Shown here in pieces: positions 52,063-63,085 of a DNA stretch of 64,000 nt (position 1 is its first letter; every line of letters starts with the position of its first letter). The position numbers and the translations under genes were made by a program. The stretch is from Minisyncoccia bacterium (lineage in GTDB: Bacteria; Patescibacteriota; Minisyncoccia; Phycocordibacterales; UBA9973), in the NCBI GenBank assembly GCA_038244685.1, contig JBBRTD010000003.1, positions 3,944-67,943 of the forward strand, read 5' to 3'. The notes beneath the pieces were generated by a model, which ran no database searches, was not told the DNA's origin, and worked only from the letters and a program-made list of their open reading frames with translations.

Positions 52063-53565
52063 ATGACCAAAAATCACATCGTAGAAAATTTAAGAAAACA
52101 AATAGAAAAATTCCAAGGAGACTTGAAAGTTGAAAAAGTTGGACATGTAGTTGAGATATTTGATGGTATCGCTAAAGTATCTGGACTTGCTGATTTGAAG
52201 GCCTCTGAAATGGTATCTTTCGCAAGTGGAGCAAAGGGAGTAGCCTTAAACTTAGAAGAAGATACTGTCGGTATTATTATCCTTGGTGACTTTTCAAAAA
52301 TTCATGAAGGGGAGGAAGTGAAGGCGACAGGCCAAATTCTTTCTGTTCCTGTAAGTGACCTACAAATAGGTAGAGTTCTAAATGCATTAGGAGATCCTAT
52401 TGACGGTAAGGGTGCAATAAAAACTGACAAAAGAAATCCTATTGAAAAAGTTGCTCCAGGGGTTATTACTCGTCTCTCTGTTGATCAGCCAGTTCAAACT
52501 GGTATTAAGGCCATCGATGCTCTTATTCCAATCGGCCGTGGACAACGTGAGCTTATCATTGGTGACCGTCAGACAGGAAAGACAGCCATTGCTATAGATG
52601 CAATCTTAAACCAAAAAGGCCAAAATATGATTTGTGTTTACGTTTCTATTGGTCAGAAAGATTCAAAGTTACGAAAATTAGAGACTCGATTAGAAGAAGG
52701 TGGAGCTATGGCTTATACTATTATAGTTTCAGCCGGTGCTTCAGAACCTGCCGCACTTGCATACATTGCTCCATATACAGGAGTTTCTATTGCTGAGTTT
52801 TTCATGGATCAAGGAAAAGATGTCTTAATTATTTATGATGATTTATCAAAGCATGCTGTAGCATATCGTGAAATATCATTATTACTACGTCGACCTCCAG
52901 GACGTGAAGCTTACCCAGGAGATGTTTTTTACTTACACTCAAGACTACTTGAGCGTGCTTGCCGAAGAAATAAAGAATACGGGGGAGGTTCTATTACAGC
53001 ACTACCTATTATTGAAACTCAAGCTGGAGATGTCTCTGCTTATATTCCTACAAACGTTATCTCCATTACTGATGGACAGATATTCCTAGAAACAGATTTA
53101 TTCTACAAAGGTATTCGCCCTGCTGTAAACGTTGGACTTTCTGTTTCTCGTGTTGGTTCATCTGCTCAGATTAAGGCTATGAAGAAAGTGGCGGGTAAGA
53201 TTAAACTAGACTTGGCTCAGTTCCGCGAACTTGAGGCCTTCTCACAATTCGGTTCTGACTTAGACGAAGGAACAAAGAAGCAGCTAGAACGAGGTAAAAG
53301 AGCCGTAGAAGTATTAAAACAACCTCAATATTCACCAGTTGGAACTGTTGACCAAGTTGTAATTCTTTATGCTCTTATCAACGGATTCATAGATGAAGTT
53401 AAAATCGATAAAGTAAAAGAATTTGAAATAGGATTATCTGATTACGCATCCAGAAATGCAAAAACATTTTATAAAGAAGTCACAGAAACAAGAATGTGGA
53501 CAGAGGTAGGAGAAGCTGAGTTAAAGAAAGCAATTGAAGAATTCGTCACAAGTTTTAATAAATAA
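52063..53565 (+). CDS. atpA: ATP synthase F1 subunit alpha
   Basis: [30 protein letters not shown]. Confidence 0.98.
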   Translation: MTKNHIVENLRKQIEKFQGDLKVEKVGHVVEIFDGIAKVSGLADLKASEMVSFASGAKGVALNLEEDTVGIIILGDFSKIHEGEEVKATGQILSVPVSDLQIGRVLNALGDPIDGKGAIKTDKRNPIEKVAPGVITRLSVDQPVQTGIKAIDALIPIGRGQRELIIGDRQTGKTAIAIDAILNQKGQNMICVYVSIGQKDSKLRKLETRLEEGGAMAYTIIVSAGASEPAALAYIAPYTGVSIAEFFMDQGKDVLIIYDDLSKHAVAYREISLLLRRPPGREAYPGDVFYLHSRLLERACRRNKEYGGGSITALPIIETQAGDVSAYIPTNVISITDGQIFLETDLFYKGIRPAVNVGLSVSRVGSSAQIKAMKKVAGKIKLDLAQFRELEAFSQFGSDLDEGTKKQLERGKRAVEVLKQPQYSPVGTVDQVVILYALINGFIDEVKIDKVKEFEIGLSDYASRNAKTFYKEVTETRMWTEVGEAELKKAIEEFVTSFNK

Positions 53566-53570
53566 AAAAA

Positions 53571-54491
53571 ATGGCTGGAACAAAAGAAATAAAACAAAGA
53601 ATAAAAAGTGTAAAGAACACAAAGAAAATCACCAAAGCTATGGAGCTGGTGGCGGCTTCGAAGATGAAGAGAGCTATTTCAAAAGCCCTATCATCAAGAC
53701 TTTATGCAAATTACTCATGGGAATTACTAACATCACTATCTGAAAGATTAGAGGATATCGATCAGCCGTTTTTTAATGGACATAAAGAGGATTCAAAAAA
53801 TAAAAGTAAAACTCTTTTTGTTCTTATAACATCAAATGGTGGATTATGTGGAGCTTACAATTCGCAAATAATAAAGAAAGCAATTTTATCTCTTAAAGAA
53901 TTAGAAATAAACGATGTAGATATTATAACTATTGGTAAAAAGGGTGACCATGCAATGCGCCGTACTGGAACAAACGTTATTGCTTCATTCTTAGAACTAC
54001 CAGATAATAGTAGCCTTTCAGATGTACTGCCTCTTTCAAAAATCATAATTGATGAATTTAAAGGAGCTAAATATAAAAAAGTTTATATAGCTTACACTGA
54101 CTTTATTTCTGCTCTAAATCAAAAAGCAAATGTAAAACAAATTCTCCCAATAGTTAAAGAAGACATAAAAGATTTAATAGAAAAGATTGGAGAAGGACGA
54201 GCTGAAGAAAAAATAGAGGCAAAAAAGCAACAAGTTCCATATATTTTTGAAGGGGACATGGATGCAATCATTGAATCATTAGCAGAGAAATTAGTCCGAA
54301 TGCAAATATATCATATGATATTAGAGTCAAATGCATCCGAACAATCATCCCGTATGATAGCCATGAAGAATGCATCAGAAGCTGCTGGAGAAATGATAGA
54401 TGACCTAACCCTGGCATTTAACAAAGCACGCCAAGCAAGTATTACACAAGAGATATCAGAGATAAGCGCCGGAATGGCAAGTATCAATTAA
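53571..54491 (+). CDS. atpG: ATP synthase F1 subunit gamma
   Basis: KITKAMELVAASK, GLCGAYN, RQASITQEISEI. Confidence 0.97.
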   Translation: MAGTKEIKQRIKSVKNTKKITKAMELVAASKMKRAISKALSSRLYANYSWELLTSLSERLEDIDQPFFNGHKEDSKNKSKTLFVLITSNGGLCGAYNSQIIKKAILSLKELEINDVDIITIGKKGDHAMRRTGTNVIASFLELPDNSSLSDVLPLSKIIIDEFKGAKYKKVYIAYTDFISALNQKANVKQILPIVKEDIKDLIEKIGEGRAEEKIEAKKQQVPYIFEGDMDAIIESLAEKLVRMQIYHMILESNASEQSSRMIAMKNASEAAGEMIDDLTLAFNKARQASITQEISEISAGMASIN

Positions 54492-54502
54492 ATTATTATT
54501 AA

Positions 54503-55894
<1,392 letters not shown>

Positions 55895-55905
55895 ACGCGA
55901 CTCGT

Positions 55906-55947
55906 GTCGAATATTTTTAATAAACTTGTTTATTAAAAATATTCGAC
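55906..55947. repeat. Perfect 20-bp inverted repeat between atpD and atpC
   Basis: gtcgaatatttttaataaac-tt-gtttattaaaaatattcgac. Confidence 0.9.
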
Positions 55948-55968
55948 CAAGGCGCTTCTAAAAAAAAT

Positions 55969-56415
55969 ATGTCAAAACTATTACAACTTAAAATTGTTAC
56001 ACCAGAAAAACTAATCTTGGAAGAATTAGTTGAACATGTTACTTTGCCAACCAAAGAAGGTGAGATAACTATTTTGGCGAATCATATTCCACTTATTGCT
56101 CCGCTTTCATCAGGGGATATAGTGGCCTTCGTATCAGGAGAACATTTACCAATTGCAGTTATGGGCGGATTCGTCGAAGTAAAAAACAACGAATTTGGGC
56201 AAACAGAAGTTGCAGTACTTGCTGACTTCGCAATACATGTTGGTGATTTATCAGATGAAGTCATTGAGAAAGCGAAAATCAAAGCCGAAGAATTAAAGAA
56301 ACAGGCTCTTAATAATGAGATAGTAGACTTTGAACACTTTGAGTCTGAACTTGAACGATCACTTAATAGAATCAAAATTGCTGATAAATGGAAGAATCGA
56401 AAATATAGAAAATAA
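55969..56415 (+). CDS. atpC: ATP synthase F1 subunit epsilon
   Basis: IVTPE, GEITILANHIPL, GGFVEV. Confidence 0.95.
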   Translation: MSKLLQLKIVTPEKLILEELVEHVTLPTKEGEITILANHIPLIAPLSSGDIVAFVSGEHLPIAVMGGFVEVKNNEFGQTEVAVLADFAIHVGDLSDEVIEKAKIKAEELKKQALNNEIVDFEHFESELERSLNRIKIADKWKNRKYRK

Positions 56416-56448
56416 TAAAATCCCCCGATCATTTCGGGGGATTTTATT
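56414..56448 (+). terminator. atp operon terminator
   Basis: aataaaatcccccga-tcatt-tcgggggattttatt. Confidence 0.8.
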
Positions 56449-56520
56449 ATAGTAACAATACAAATAAAAAAAACCACTGAAATATAATCCAGCGGTTTTT
56501 TAATATTGTACAGTAATCTC

Positions 56521-56931
56521 TTACTGAAATTCCAATAATTCAGGTTCTGATACCACATACTTTGATTCATACGGGAATTTTTTGCATAAAATAAAAATTA
56601 TTTCACCTTCCATTTTACTTAATTTATCAAATAATTTAGATGAATCAATTCTTATCGTATACTTTTTCCCCTCATTACTTAAATATAGATAATATTCAGT
56701 AGTGGGGATAATGAAATCATTGTATTCAGAACTAATGAAAGGATTCTTCATTCCAAATGAATACTTCTTGGTGCTTACTGATCCCTCGAGAAATACCTCT
56801 TTTGAGATAAAGAAATAGCCGTACAAGTCAATAATTTTTTCCAGAACTTTATCTGAAAAAATAGGTGACATGATAAAAATTACAAATCCGAAAAAGACAA
56901 TAAACAAAAGAATAAATCTGATGATTTCCAT
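56521..56931 (-). CDS. Hypothetical N-terminally anchored membrane protein
   Basis: One N-terminal TM and a beta-rich body, similar to its neighbour. Confidence 0.65.
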   Translation of the reverse strand: MEIIRFILLFIVFFGFVIFIMSPIFSDKVLEKIIDLYGYFFISKEVFLEGSVSTKKYSFGMKNPFISSEYNDFIIPTTEYYLYLSNEGKKYTIRIDSSKLFDKLSKMEGEIIFILCKKFPYESKYVVSEPELLEFQ

Positions 56932-56950
56932 GATTTCTCTTTTTTAGTTT

Positions 56951-57286
56951 TTAAGTAATATCAGTAATTTGAACTGTTCTATCCCATAAATATTTCTTGC
57001 ATGAGACAGTCCTTAGATCTTCTGAAGTTCTTGTGAGATCTTGCAATCTCACAAACAACAGTTGATTAATAGCAAGAGTAATTTCCTCTTCATTGTCGTT
57101 GGCCTTAAACATTACGAAATACTTTTTATCTACTGTTTCAAGCGAAGAGTCTACCCATAATTTAAGTACTTTTACCTTGAGGAAATATTCCTTAATAAAA
57201 AAAGAAACATATATATTCCAAAAACATTTCCGTAAGGCAAATATTATCAATAGAATTGCAATACAAATAACAACGGTTTTTCCCAT
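56951..57286 (-). CDS. Hypothetical N-terminally anchored membrane protein (probable paralog of 56521-56931)
   Basis: Shares the Y..F..KE.FL and CKK[FY] motifs. Confidence 0.65.
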   Translation of the reverse strand: MGKTVVICIAILLIIFALRKCFWNIYVSFFIKEYFLKVKVLKLWVDSSLETVDKKYFVMFKANDNEEEITLAINQLLFVRLQDLTRTSEDLRTVSCKKYLWDRTVQITDIT

Positions 57287-57384
57287 ATAGTCATTTTTAA
57301 AGGTTTAATTTAGCTTATTTATAATACTTCACATGTATTTAGTCAATATGAGGAGTCAGAAGAGAGTGATATAATTTACCTATT

Positions 57385-58536
57385 ATGGAACCTTTAGCGT
57401 CAAAGATTAGACCTAAAAACTTAAAAGAATTCGTTGGCCAAGATCACTTAGTGGGAGTTGGCAAACCTCTTTCTATTGCTATAGAAGAGAAGCACCTATT
57501 TTCTTTTATTCTTTGGGGCCCACCAGGTGTGGGGAAGACTACTCTTGCTCGTATATATGCGAAAGCTCTCAATGCCGAATATCACGAACTCTCTGCTGTC
57601 TCCGCAGGTAAGGATGATATACGCCAGATTATTGATGGAAAAGTTAGTGGTGCATTATTAGGGCCACGAATTCTATTCTTAGATGAAATTCATCGTTTTA
57701 ATAAAGCTCAACAAGACTTTCTACTTCCATACGTAGAAAGCGGTAAGCTTGTACTTATAGGAGCAACAACAGAGAATCCAAGCTTTGAAGTTATTCCTGC
57801 TCTTTTATCTAGATGTCGAGTTTTTGTTCTATCGGAATTAACCGATGATGACATGAGAAAGATTATTAAAAGCACCGGACATAAAATGAAAAAGGATGCG
57901 ACAGAGTGGTTGATAGCAATGGCGCAAGGGGATGCTCGCCAGGCAATCGCCATGATTGAAAATACAATTTCTCTATACAAAGAAATTACTATTGAAAATT
58001 TTAAAAATACTCTCCAGTCCAAATTCTTCCGCTACGATAAGAAGGGTGATGAACATTACAATACTATCAGTGCTTTTATAAAAAGTATGCGCGCTTCGCA
58101 GCCTGATGCAGCGCTATATTACTTAAACAGAATGCTTGTATCTGGTGAGGATCCAAAGTTTATTGCAAGGCGCATGGTCATATTCGCAAGTGAAGATATA
58201 GGACTGGCTCTGCCAACCGCTTTAGTAGTTGCTAATGCTGTTTTCCAAGCAGTTACGACTATAGGTATGCCTGAATGCGGCATAAACCTTGCCCATGGCG
58301 TTGTTTATCTATCACAGGCACCAAAAGACAGAAGAGCAAATGATGCTTACCAGATGGCATCACAAGACGTTATACAATATGGCAATTTACCCATTCCTTT
58401 TGACCTAAGGAACCCAACAACTAAGCTTAATAAAGAAATTGGCTATGGTAAAAACTACGAGAAGTATACAACCAAAGACCTCATGCCCGAGAAGCTAAAG
58501 GGCAAAAAATACCTTGATAATAAAAGGAAATCATAG
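57385..58536 (+). CDS. rarA: Replication-associated recombination protein A (MgsA)
   Basis: PLASKIRP, GPPGVGKTT, DEIHRFNKAQQD, GATTENP, SAFIKSMR, ASEDIG. Confidence 0.96.
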   Translation: MEPLASKIRPKNLKEFVGQDHLVGVGKPLSIAIEEKHLFSFILWGPPGVGKTTLARIYAKALNAEYHELSAVSAGKDDIRQIIDGKVSGALLGPRILFLDEIHRFNKAQQDFLLPYVESGKLVLIGATTENPSFEVIPALLSRCRVFVLSELTDDDMRKIIKSTGHKMKKDATEWLIAMAQGDARQAIAMIENTISLYKEITIENFKNTLQSKFFRYDKKGDEHYNTISAFIKSMRASQPDAALYYLNRMLVSGEDPKFIARRMVIFASEDIGLALPTALVVANAVFQAVTTIGMPECGINLAHGVVYLSQAPKDRRANDAYQMASQDVIQYGNLPIPFDLRNPTTKLNKEIGYGKNYEKYTTKDLMPEKLKGKKYLDNKRKS

Positions 58537-58539
58537 GTA

Positions 58540-58569
58540 TTGACATATATGGTATTTATATGGTATAAT
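58540..58569 (+). promoter_or_regulatory. Sigma70 promoter of the small membrane ORF
   Basis: TTGACA-18 nt (ending TGG)-TATAAT. Confidence 0.6.
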
Positions 58570-58615
58570 AGTACTAAATAAATGAGCCATTAAATTAATT
58601 AATACAAACTTGATT

Positions 58616-58825
58616 ATGAAGATGAGTTTAAGGTCCGTAAAGCCATTTGGTTGGCTTCAGATTGCCGTGTTATTTTTTATTTTTGTTGGAAATATCGCAC
58701 CCGATATCAAATGCGATGATCATACAAATTTGTTCTGGATCTTTGGATCCGGAGCTGGAATATTGATGATAATTTATTTTTCCACCAAACAACATCCGCT
58801 GGTAAACAATGGTTCACACAAATAG
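58616..58825 (+). CDS. Small two-TM hypothetical protein
   Basis: Own promoter and terminator (about 58842-58872), two hydrophobic segments. Confidence 0.55.
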   Translation: MKMSLRSVKPFGWLQIAVLFFIFVGNIAPDIKCDDHTNLFWIFGSGAGILMIIYFSTKQHPLVNNGSHK

Positions 58826-58904
58826 AACCACCAAATTAACTAAACCCACAGATCAAATCTGTGGCGTTTTGTTTTTTATGACTCTCTTGTGATAAAATAC
58901 AAAT

Positions 58905-59618
58905 ATGTATAATAAAATATTAAAAGAAATACTTTCACTTGAAGATAAAGAAAAAGCAAAATTTCTTTCAGGATTTTTTAAAACTGGCCCTGGAGAATAC
59001 GGTGAGGGTGATATATTCATAGGAATCACAGTACCAGCGTCGAGACAAATTGCTCAAAAGTATGGAGAGCTTACTATGGTTGATGTGTCCAAGCTGTTAA
59101 AAAATAAATACCATGAGGTGCGCCTTATTGCTCTCTTAATTCTAGTCCACAAATACAAAATTGCCACAAAAACAAACGACTCTAAAATAAAAAAAGAAAT
59201 AGTAGATTTTTATTTAGAACATACGAAATATATTAACAATTGGGACTTAGTTGACTTGTCGGCTCATTACATATTGGGTGATTATTTAATAAATAAAGAC
59301 AGAAAAATTTTATTAAAATTAGCGAAGTCAAAAGATATTTGGGAAAGACGAATAGCTATAATATCAACTTTTGCATTTATATATAAAAGCGAAGGGGAAT
59401 GGACATTTAAGATTGTAGAAGTCCTCATGAAAGACAAAGAAGATCTTATTCACAAAGCTTGCGGCTGGATGCTTCGTGAAGTTGGCAAAAGATTTAAAGA
59501 AAAAGACTTATTATTATTTTTGGATGAACATTGGAAAGAAATGCCTCGTACCATGCTCCGCTATGCCATAGAGAGATTACCAGAGGTAAAAAGAAAGTAT
59601 TATTTGAATAAAAAATAG
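58905..59618 (+). CDS. alkD: DNA alkylation repair protein (AlkD-like HEAT-repeat glycosylase)
   Basis: FFKTGPGEYGEGD, NNWDLVD, WERR, KACGWMLRE, MPRTMLRYAIE. Confidence 0.9.
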   Translation: MYNKILKEILSLEDKEKAKFLSGFFKTGPGEYGEGDIFIGITVPASRQIAQKYGELTMVDVSKLLKNKYHEVRLIALLILVHKYKIATKTNDSKIKKEIVDFYLEHTKYINNWDLVDLSAHYILGDYLINKDRKILLKLAKSKDIWERRIAIISTFAFIYKSEGEWTFKIVEVLMKDKEDLIHKACGWMLREVGKRFKEKDLLLFLDEHWKEMPRTMLRYAIERLPEVKRKYYLNKK

Positions 59619-59628
59619 AATAAAAAAG

Positions 59629-59675
59629 TTATCCACAGTATTTATCTTGACGGTGAACGTTCGTTCACATATACT
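59629..59675 (+). promoter_or_regulatory. lexA-operon promoter with a palindromic GAAC-N4-GTTC operator and an upstream DnaA box
   Basis: TTATCCACA at 59629-59637, TTGACG at 59647-59652, 17-nt spacer GTGAACGTTCGTTCACA, TATACT at 59670-59675. Confidence 0.8.
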
Positions 59676-59713
59676 ATATATATAACTAATTAATAGTAAT
59701 TATTATATATTAT

Positions 59714-59926
59714 ATGAGCAAACAACAATATTTAAAAATTTTAGAAAACGAGATTCATCTTACAAATAAGAAGATTGATGTAAAGATTATGCGAGGTGAC
59801 GATTACAAGAAAGAAGCACTTGAGCACAAGCAACTTCTTCACAAAATTCGCCAGCATAGACGTAGAGGTTTTTTAGGTAACTTTCTTAACCTACTAAACA
59901 GGCTTCCACAATTTTCTAATCTCTAA
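59714..59926 (+). CDS. Small hypothetical protein, first gene of the lexA operon
   Basis: 70-aa helical ORF with an amphipathic C-terminus, 17 nt before lexA. Confidence 0.7.
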   Translation: MSKQQYLKILENEIHLTNKKIDVKIMRGDDYKKEALEHKQLLHKIRQHRRRGFLGNFLNLLNRLPQFSNL

Positions 59927-59943
59927 TATACTATTAAAGTTCT

Positions 59944-60510
59944 ATGTACAATAATTACAAAAACAAACTGATTGATTTCTACAATAGAGATAAGCGCATG
60001 CCAACTTATTCTGAAATGATGAATCTATTTGGCTTCAAGTCAAAGAATGCTGTCGCTCGACTTGTGAATAAATTCATTGAGGAGGGAATAGTCACAAAAG
60101 ACTATCTCGGCCATCTTATTGCCGATATATCACTCAATTCTATTCCAATGTTAGGCAGTGTTAAAGCAGGCTTTCCATCTGATGTAGCAGAAGAATTAAC
60201 TGACACTATTAATATCGATGACTATCTAATAAATAAAAAGGAGAATTCTTACATGCTGACAGTCGATGGCGACTCCATGATAGATGCTCACATTGCCGAT
60301 GGTGATATGGTCCTAGTAGAGAAAACAAATCAAGCCAAAGACGGACAGATCGTCATCGCAAATGTTGACGGAGAGTTCACTATGAAATATTTTAAAAAAA
60401 GCGGGGACAAGGTCTGGCTAGAACCTGCCAATAAGAATTTCAAGCCTATACACCCTAAAATGTATCTTAATATTACTGCCGTCGTAAAAGCTGTCATTCG
60501 AAAATACTAA
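59944..60510 (+). CDS. lexA: LexA-family repressor (wHTH + S24 peptidase)
   Basis: MPTYSEM...FKSKNAV HTH, VKAGFP Ala-Gly cleavage site, GDSM Ser, TMK Lys. Confidence 0.9.
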   Translation: MYNNYKNKLIDFYNRDKRMPTYSEMMNLFGFKSKNAVARLVNKFIEEGIVTKDYLGHLIADISLNSIPMLGSVKAGFPSDVAEELTDTINIDDYLINKKENSYMLTVDGDSMIDAHIADGDMVLVEKTNQAKDGQIVIANVDGEFTMKYFKKSGDKVWLEPANKNFKPIHPKMYLNITAVVKAVIRKY

Positions 60511-60537
60511 TAATATTAAATATTTAAAGAAAAAAAA

Positions 60538-60563
60538 CAGCCACACTTTTTGAGTGCGGCTGT
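60538..60563. terminator. Terminator between lexA and the secretin gene
   Basis: acagccacact-tttt-gagtgcggctgt; the A-run upstream gives a U-tail on the minus strand. Confidence 0.65.
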
Positions 60564-60583
60564 ATTCATTAATTTAACAAAAA

Positions 60584-61888
60584 CTATCCGATGATTCTTG
60601 TGGTTATGAAAACTACAAGTTCAGTTTCATTTTTGTATTTGTTATCAGCTCCGAAAGCATATTTGATAATTGGAATCTTTCTAAAGAAAGGAATCCCAGT
60701 TTTATCGTCTTTGCTTACTTTGTTGATGAGTCCACCAATAGCAACTGTTTCGCCATTTTGAACTTTTAAGATTGTGCTGGTCGAACGACGTGCAACGATA
60801 GGCAGCTTTTGAATACTGGTACCATTTTTAAATTCACGTTCTCCAACAATATCAGATACTTCAGGGTTAACATTTAAACGAAGACTGCCATCACGATTTA
60901 CGAACGGCTGAACATTCATTTTTATTCCCACTTGAACTTCTTTGGTAGTGAAGTAGCTATAAGCTGTACCACCACCTGAGAGTATAAGGAACATATGTTC
61001 TTCTGAAATATTTATCATACCTGCTTCACCTTCTTCTACTATTATTCTTGGCTCTGCTACCATATTTATTTTGGTATCATAACCGCTAGTCGAAAGAAGG
61101 GTACTTAAACCAGATGTCAGGCTTGCTGTAAAAGTGGAAGCTCCACCTTTTATAAGCTCACCGAGACCAATACCAGAAAGATTTATGTCACTCCATTGAG
61201 CACCGATATTCTTTCCTTTTTTCCATTCAACCATTACGAAACGAGCGGTGACTTCAATCTGCCTTTTAGGTTTATCGATAATAGAAATATCTTTTTCTAT
61301 ACGATATAACACATCAGGAGTCGCAGTAATTGTTAACACCTGACCATCAGACTTTATAAAAGGATGATAGTAAGGTGAGATTTGCGACATGATTTTATCA
61401 GCTCCACGATTTGTTTTAACCGTCTTTGTTACAGTTAATGCATCAAAGCTGGTATTTTCCGGTAAAGCACTTCCTACAAGGTAATAACTACCATTGGCTA
61501 TATATGTATATTTATATCCGTTAGGGTACAAAACCATAGCTAAGGCCGTTTCAAGAGGAACTTTTTCTAAAGAAAGTGAGATCGCACCACTGACAGTATT
61601 ATCAGGAATTATATTGATTCCAGCTAACGTAGAAAGATCCATTAAGACTGACCTTATGTCAGTTTCGACGTAAATATTACTTACAAGCACCTGCTTTGTG
61701 CCACTTAATGACACAATCGATTTGACATCGTAATTTTGCTTTGCGAGTGAATCCTCACCATTTTCAAGAGCATTTATCTCTTGGTTGGAAAGCATAGGTT
61801 TAGGAGTTGTTTGTATAGGCGTCCTAACTGTGGCACAACTTGCTACAAGTATGCCAATCAAAATGTACAAAAAACAAGATTTTTTCAT
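60584..61888 (-). CDS. Lipoprotein secretin (STN/N0 + N3 + secretin C domain; PilQ/GspD superfamily)
   Basis: Lipobox LVASC, DIRSVL..L...AGINII...V.G.ISL.L..VP...AL, IDKPKRQIEVTARF, EPRI, VGIKMNVQP, GETVAIGGL, GIPFFRKIPII..AFG, ELVVFITTRII. Confidence 0.9.
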   Translation of the reverse strand: MKKSCFLYILIGILVASCATVRTPIQTTPKPMLSNQEINALENGEDSLAKQNYDVKSIVSLSGTKQVLVSNIYVETDIRSVLMDLSTLAGINIIPDNTVSGAISLSLEKVPLETALAMVLYPNGYKYTYIANGSYYLVGSALPENTSFDALTVTKTVKTNRGADKIMSQISPYYHPFIKSDGQVLTITATPDVLYRIEKDISIIDKPKRQIEVTARFVMVEWKKGKNIGAQWSDINLSGIGLGELIKGGASTFTASLTSGLSTLLSTSGYDTKINMVAEPRIIVEEGEAGMINISEEHMFLILSGGGTAYSYFTTKEVQVGIKMNVQPFVNRDGSLRLNVNPEVSDIVGEREFKNGTSIQKLPIVARRSTSTILKVQNGETVAIGGLINKVSKDDKTGIPFFRKIPIIKYAFGADNKYKNETELVVFITTRIIG

Positions 61889-61929
61889 TTCGGAAATTTT
61901 AAATTTTAAAAAATAGGATGATGATGAGT

Positions 61930-63081
61930 TTACTTTATTTTTGAAACAATTTTTAAATTAAGATCTTTTCCTCTGTCAGTTATGAAAGGGATAGACCCTT
62001 CTTTGATTTTTGAACCTTCGTAATTAGGGATTATTGTCACCCTTAGATTACGAGATTCGCCAGGCTTAAGTATTAAATCATTTGGAAGTACAGTAATCCA
62101 ATCATTTGATGTGACCTTTATTGCTAAGGGTCGATAATCAAGATTAGAAACAGTTACAACTTCTGACCTTCTACTGTTCGGAGGAATAACTAAAGTTAAT
62201 TCCTTGGTTTTAATTCCTAAAAATTCAGTCGTTTCTTCGTCGATAGGTATCAGCCGGTTTATAGAGAATTTCTCTGTTTTACGAGCTTTTTTAAAATCAT
62301 ACCCATAGTTGAAGGATGTCTCGACAAGATAGTCACCAGTCGGTAACTGCTTATTTAAAACTCCTTCAAAATCAAGTTTTGAACTATCAGGAAATACAAA
62401 ATAATTTCCAATTTCAGTTATTGAACTTCCTAACCCCTTAAGTTCACATTTACCAAAAACATTCCGACCGTCTGCACTTTTAATTACAGCTTCAGCGGTT
62501 ACATTTAGGTGAATGTTGCCAGTATTTTGAAAAGTCGAACTTATCTTTAAACGTTCGTCTGTTTCTAAAACTTTAACTTCAGGAATTTGTCCAGACTTTA
62601 CATAAGTCCGACCGGGAACATCAATTAACACTAAAACGCCAACAACTACACGCACATTCATTTCTCTGTTTTTGCCATAGTCGATGACTTCATCTTCTTT
62701 TGGCTCAACAAAAATTATTGAATAATACTCTCCAGGGACTGCATCCCTCGGAACAGAAATCGTGAATTTGACGGATTCTTTTTTACCATCAAAAACCGAA
62801 AGTTCTGTTCTACCAAAAGTAATCCACTCTACAGCTGAGTGAGCACTACCAATTTTCCTCTCAAATAAAAGCGCACCTTTTCTGTCCATCGATAGGTCAG
62901 ACGGTGAAATAACCAAATTTTGTTTAAAAGGACCCTTGCTCCCAATAATATTGAGATTGAAGGTTTCTTTTGATCCCTTTGCGAGAGTCAGATTGAATTT
63001 TACGGGAGATACTTTCGCCCCGTATACAAAAAAATGACTTACTACAAAGAAAGTCACCAAAATAAAAACAATTCTTTTCAT
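61930..63081 (-). CDS. Secreted multi-Ig-fold protein (DUF916/DUF3324- or pilus-chaperone-like)
   Basis: Signal peptide, VSPVKFNL, WITF...VKFTISVPRDAVPGEYYSIIFVE, FQNTGNIH, LPTGDY, and a third Ig domain VTVSNL...LKPGESR. Confidence 0.65.
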   Translation of the reverse strand: MKRIVFILVTFFVVSHFFVYGAKVSPVKFNLTLAKGSKETFNLNIIGSKGPFKQNLVISPSDLSMDRKGALLFERKIGSAHSAVEWITFGRTELSVFDGKKESVKFTISVPRDAVPGEYYSIIFVEPKEDEVIDYGKNREMNVRVVVGVLVLIDVPGRTYVKSGQIPEVKVLETDERLKISSTFQNTGNIHLNVTAEAVIKSADGRNVFGKCELKGLGSSITEIGNYFVFPDSSKLDFEGVLNKQLPTGDYLVETSFNYGYDFKKARKTEKFSINRLIPIDEETTEFLGIKTKELTLVIPPNSRRSEVVTVSNLDYRPLAIKVTSNDWITVLPNDLILKPGESRNLRVTIIPNYEGSKIKEGSIPFITDRGKDLNLKIVSKIK

Positions 63082-63085
63082 GTCG

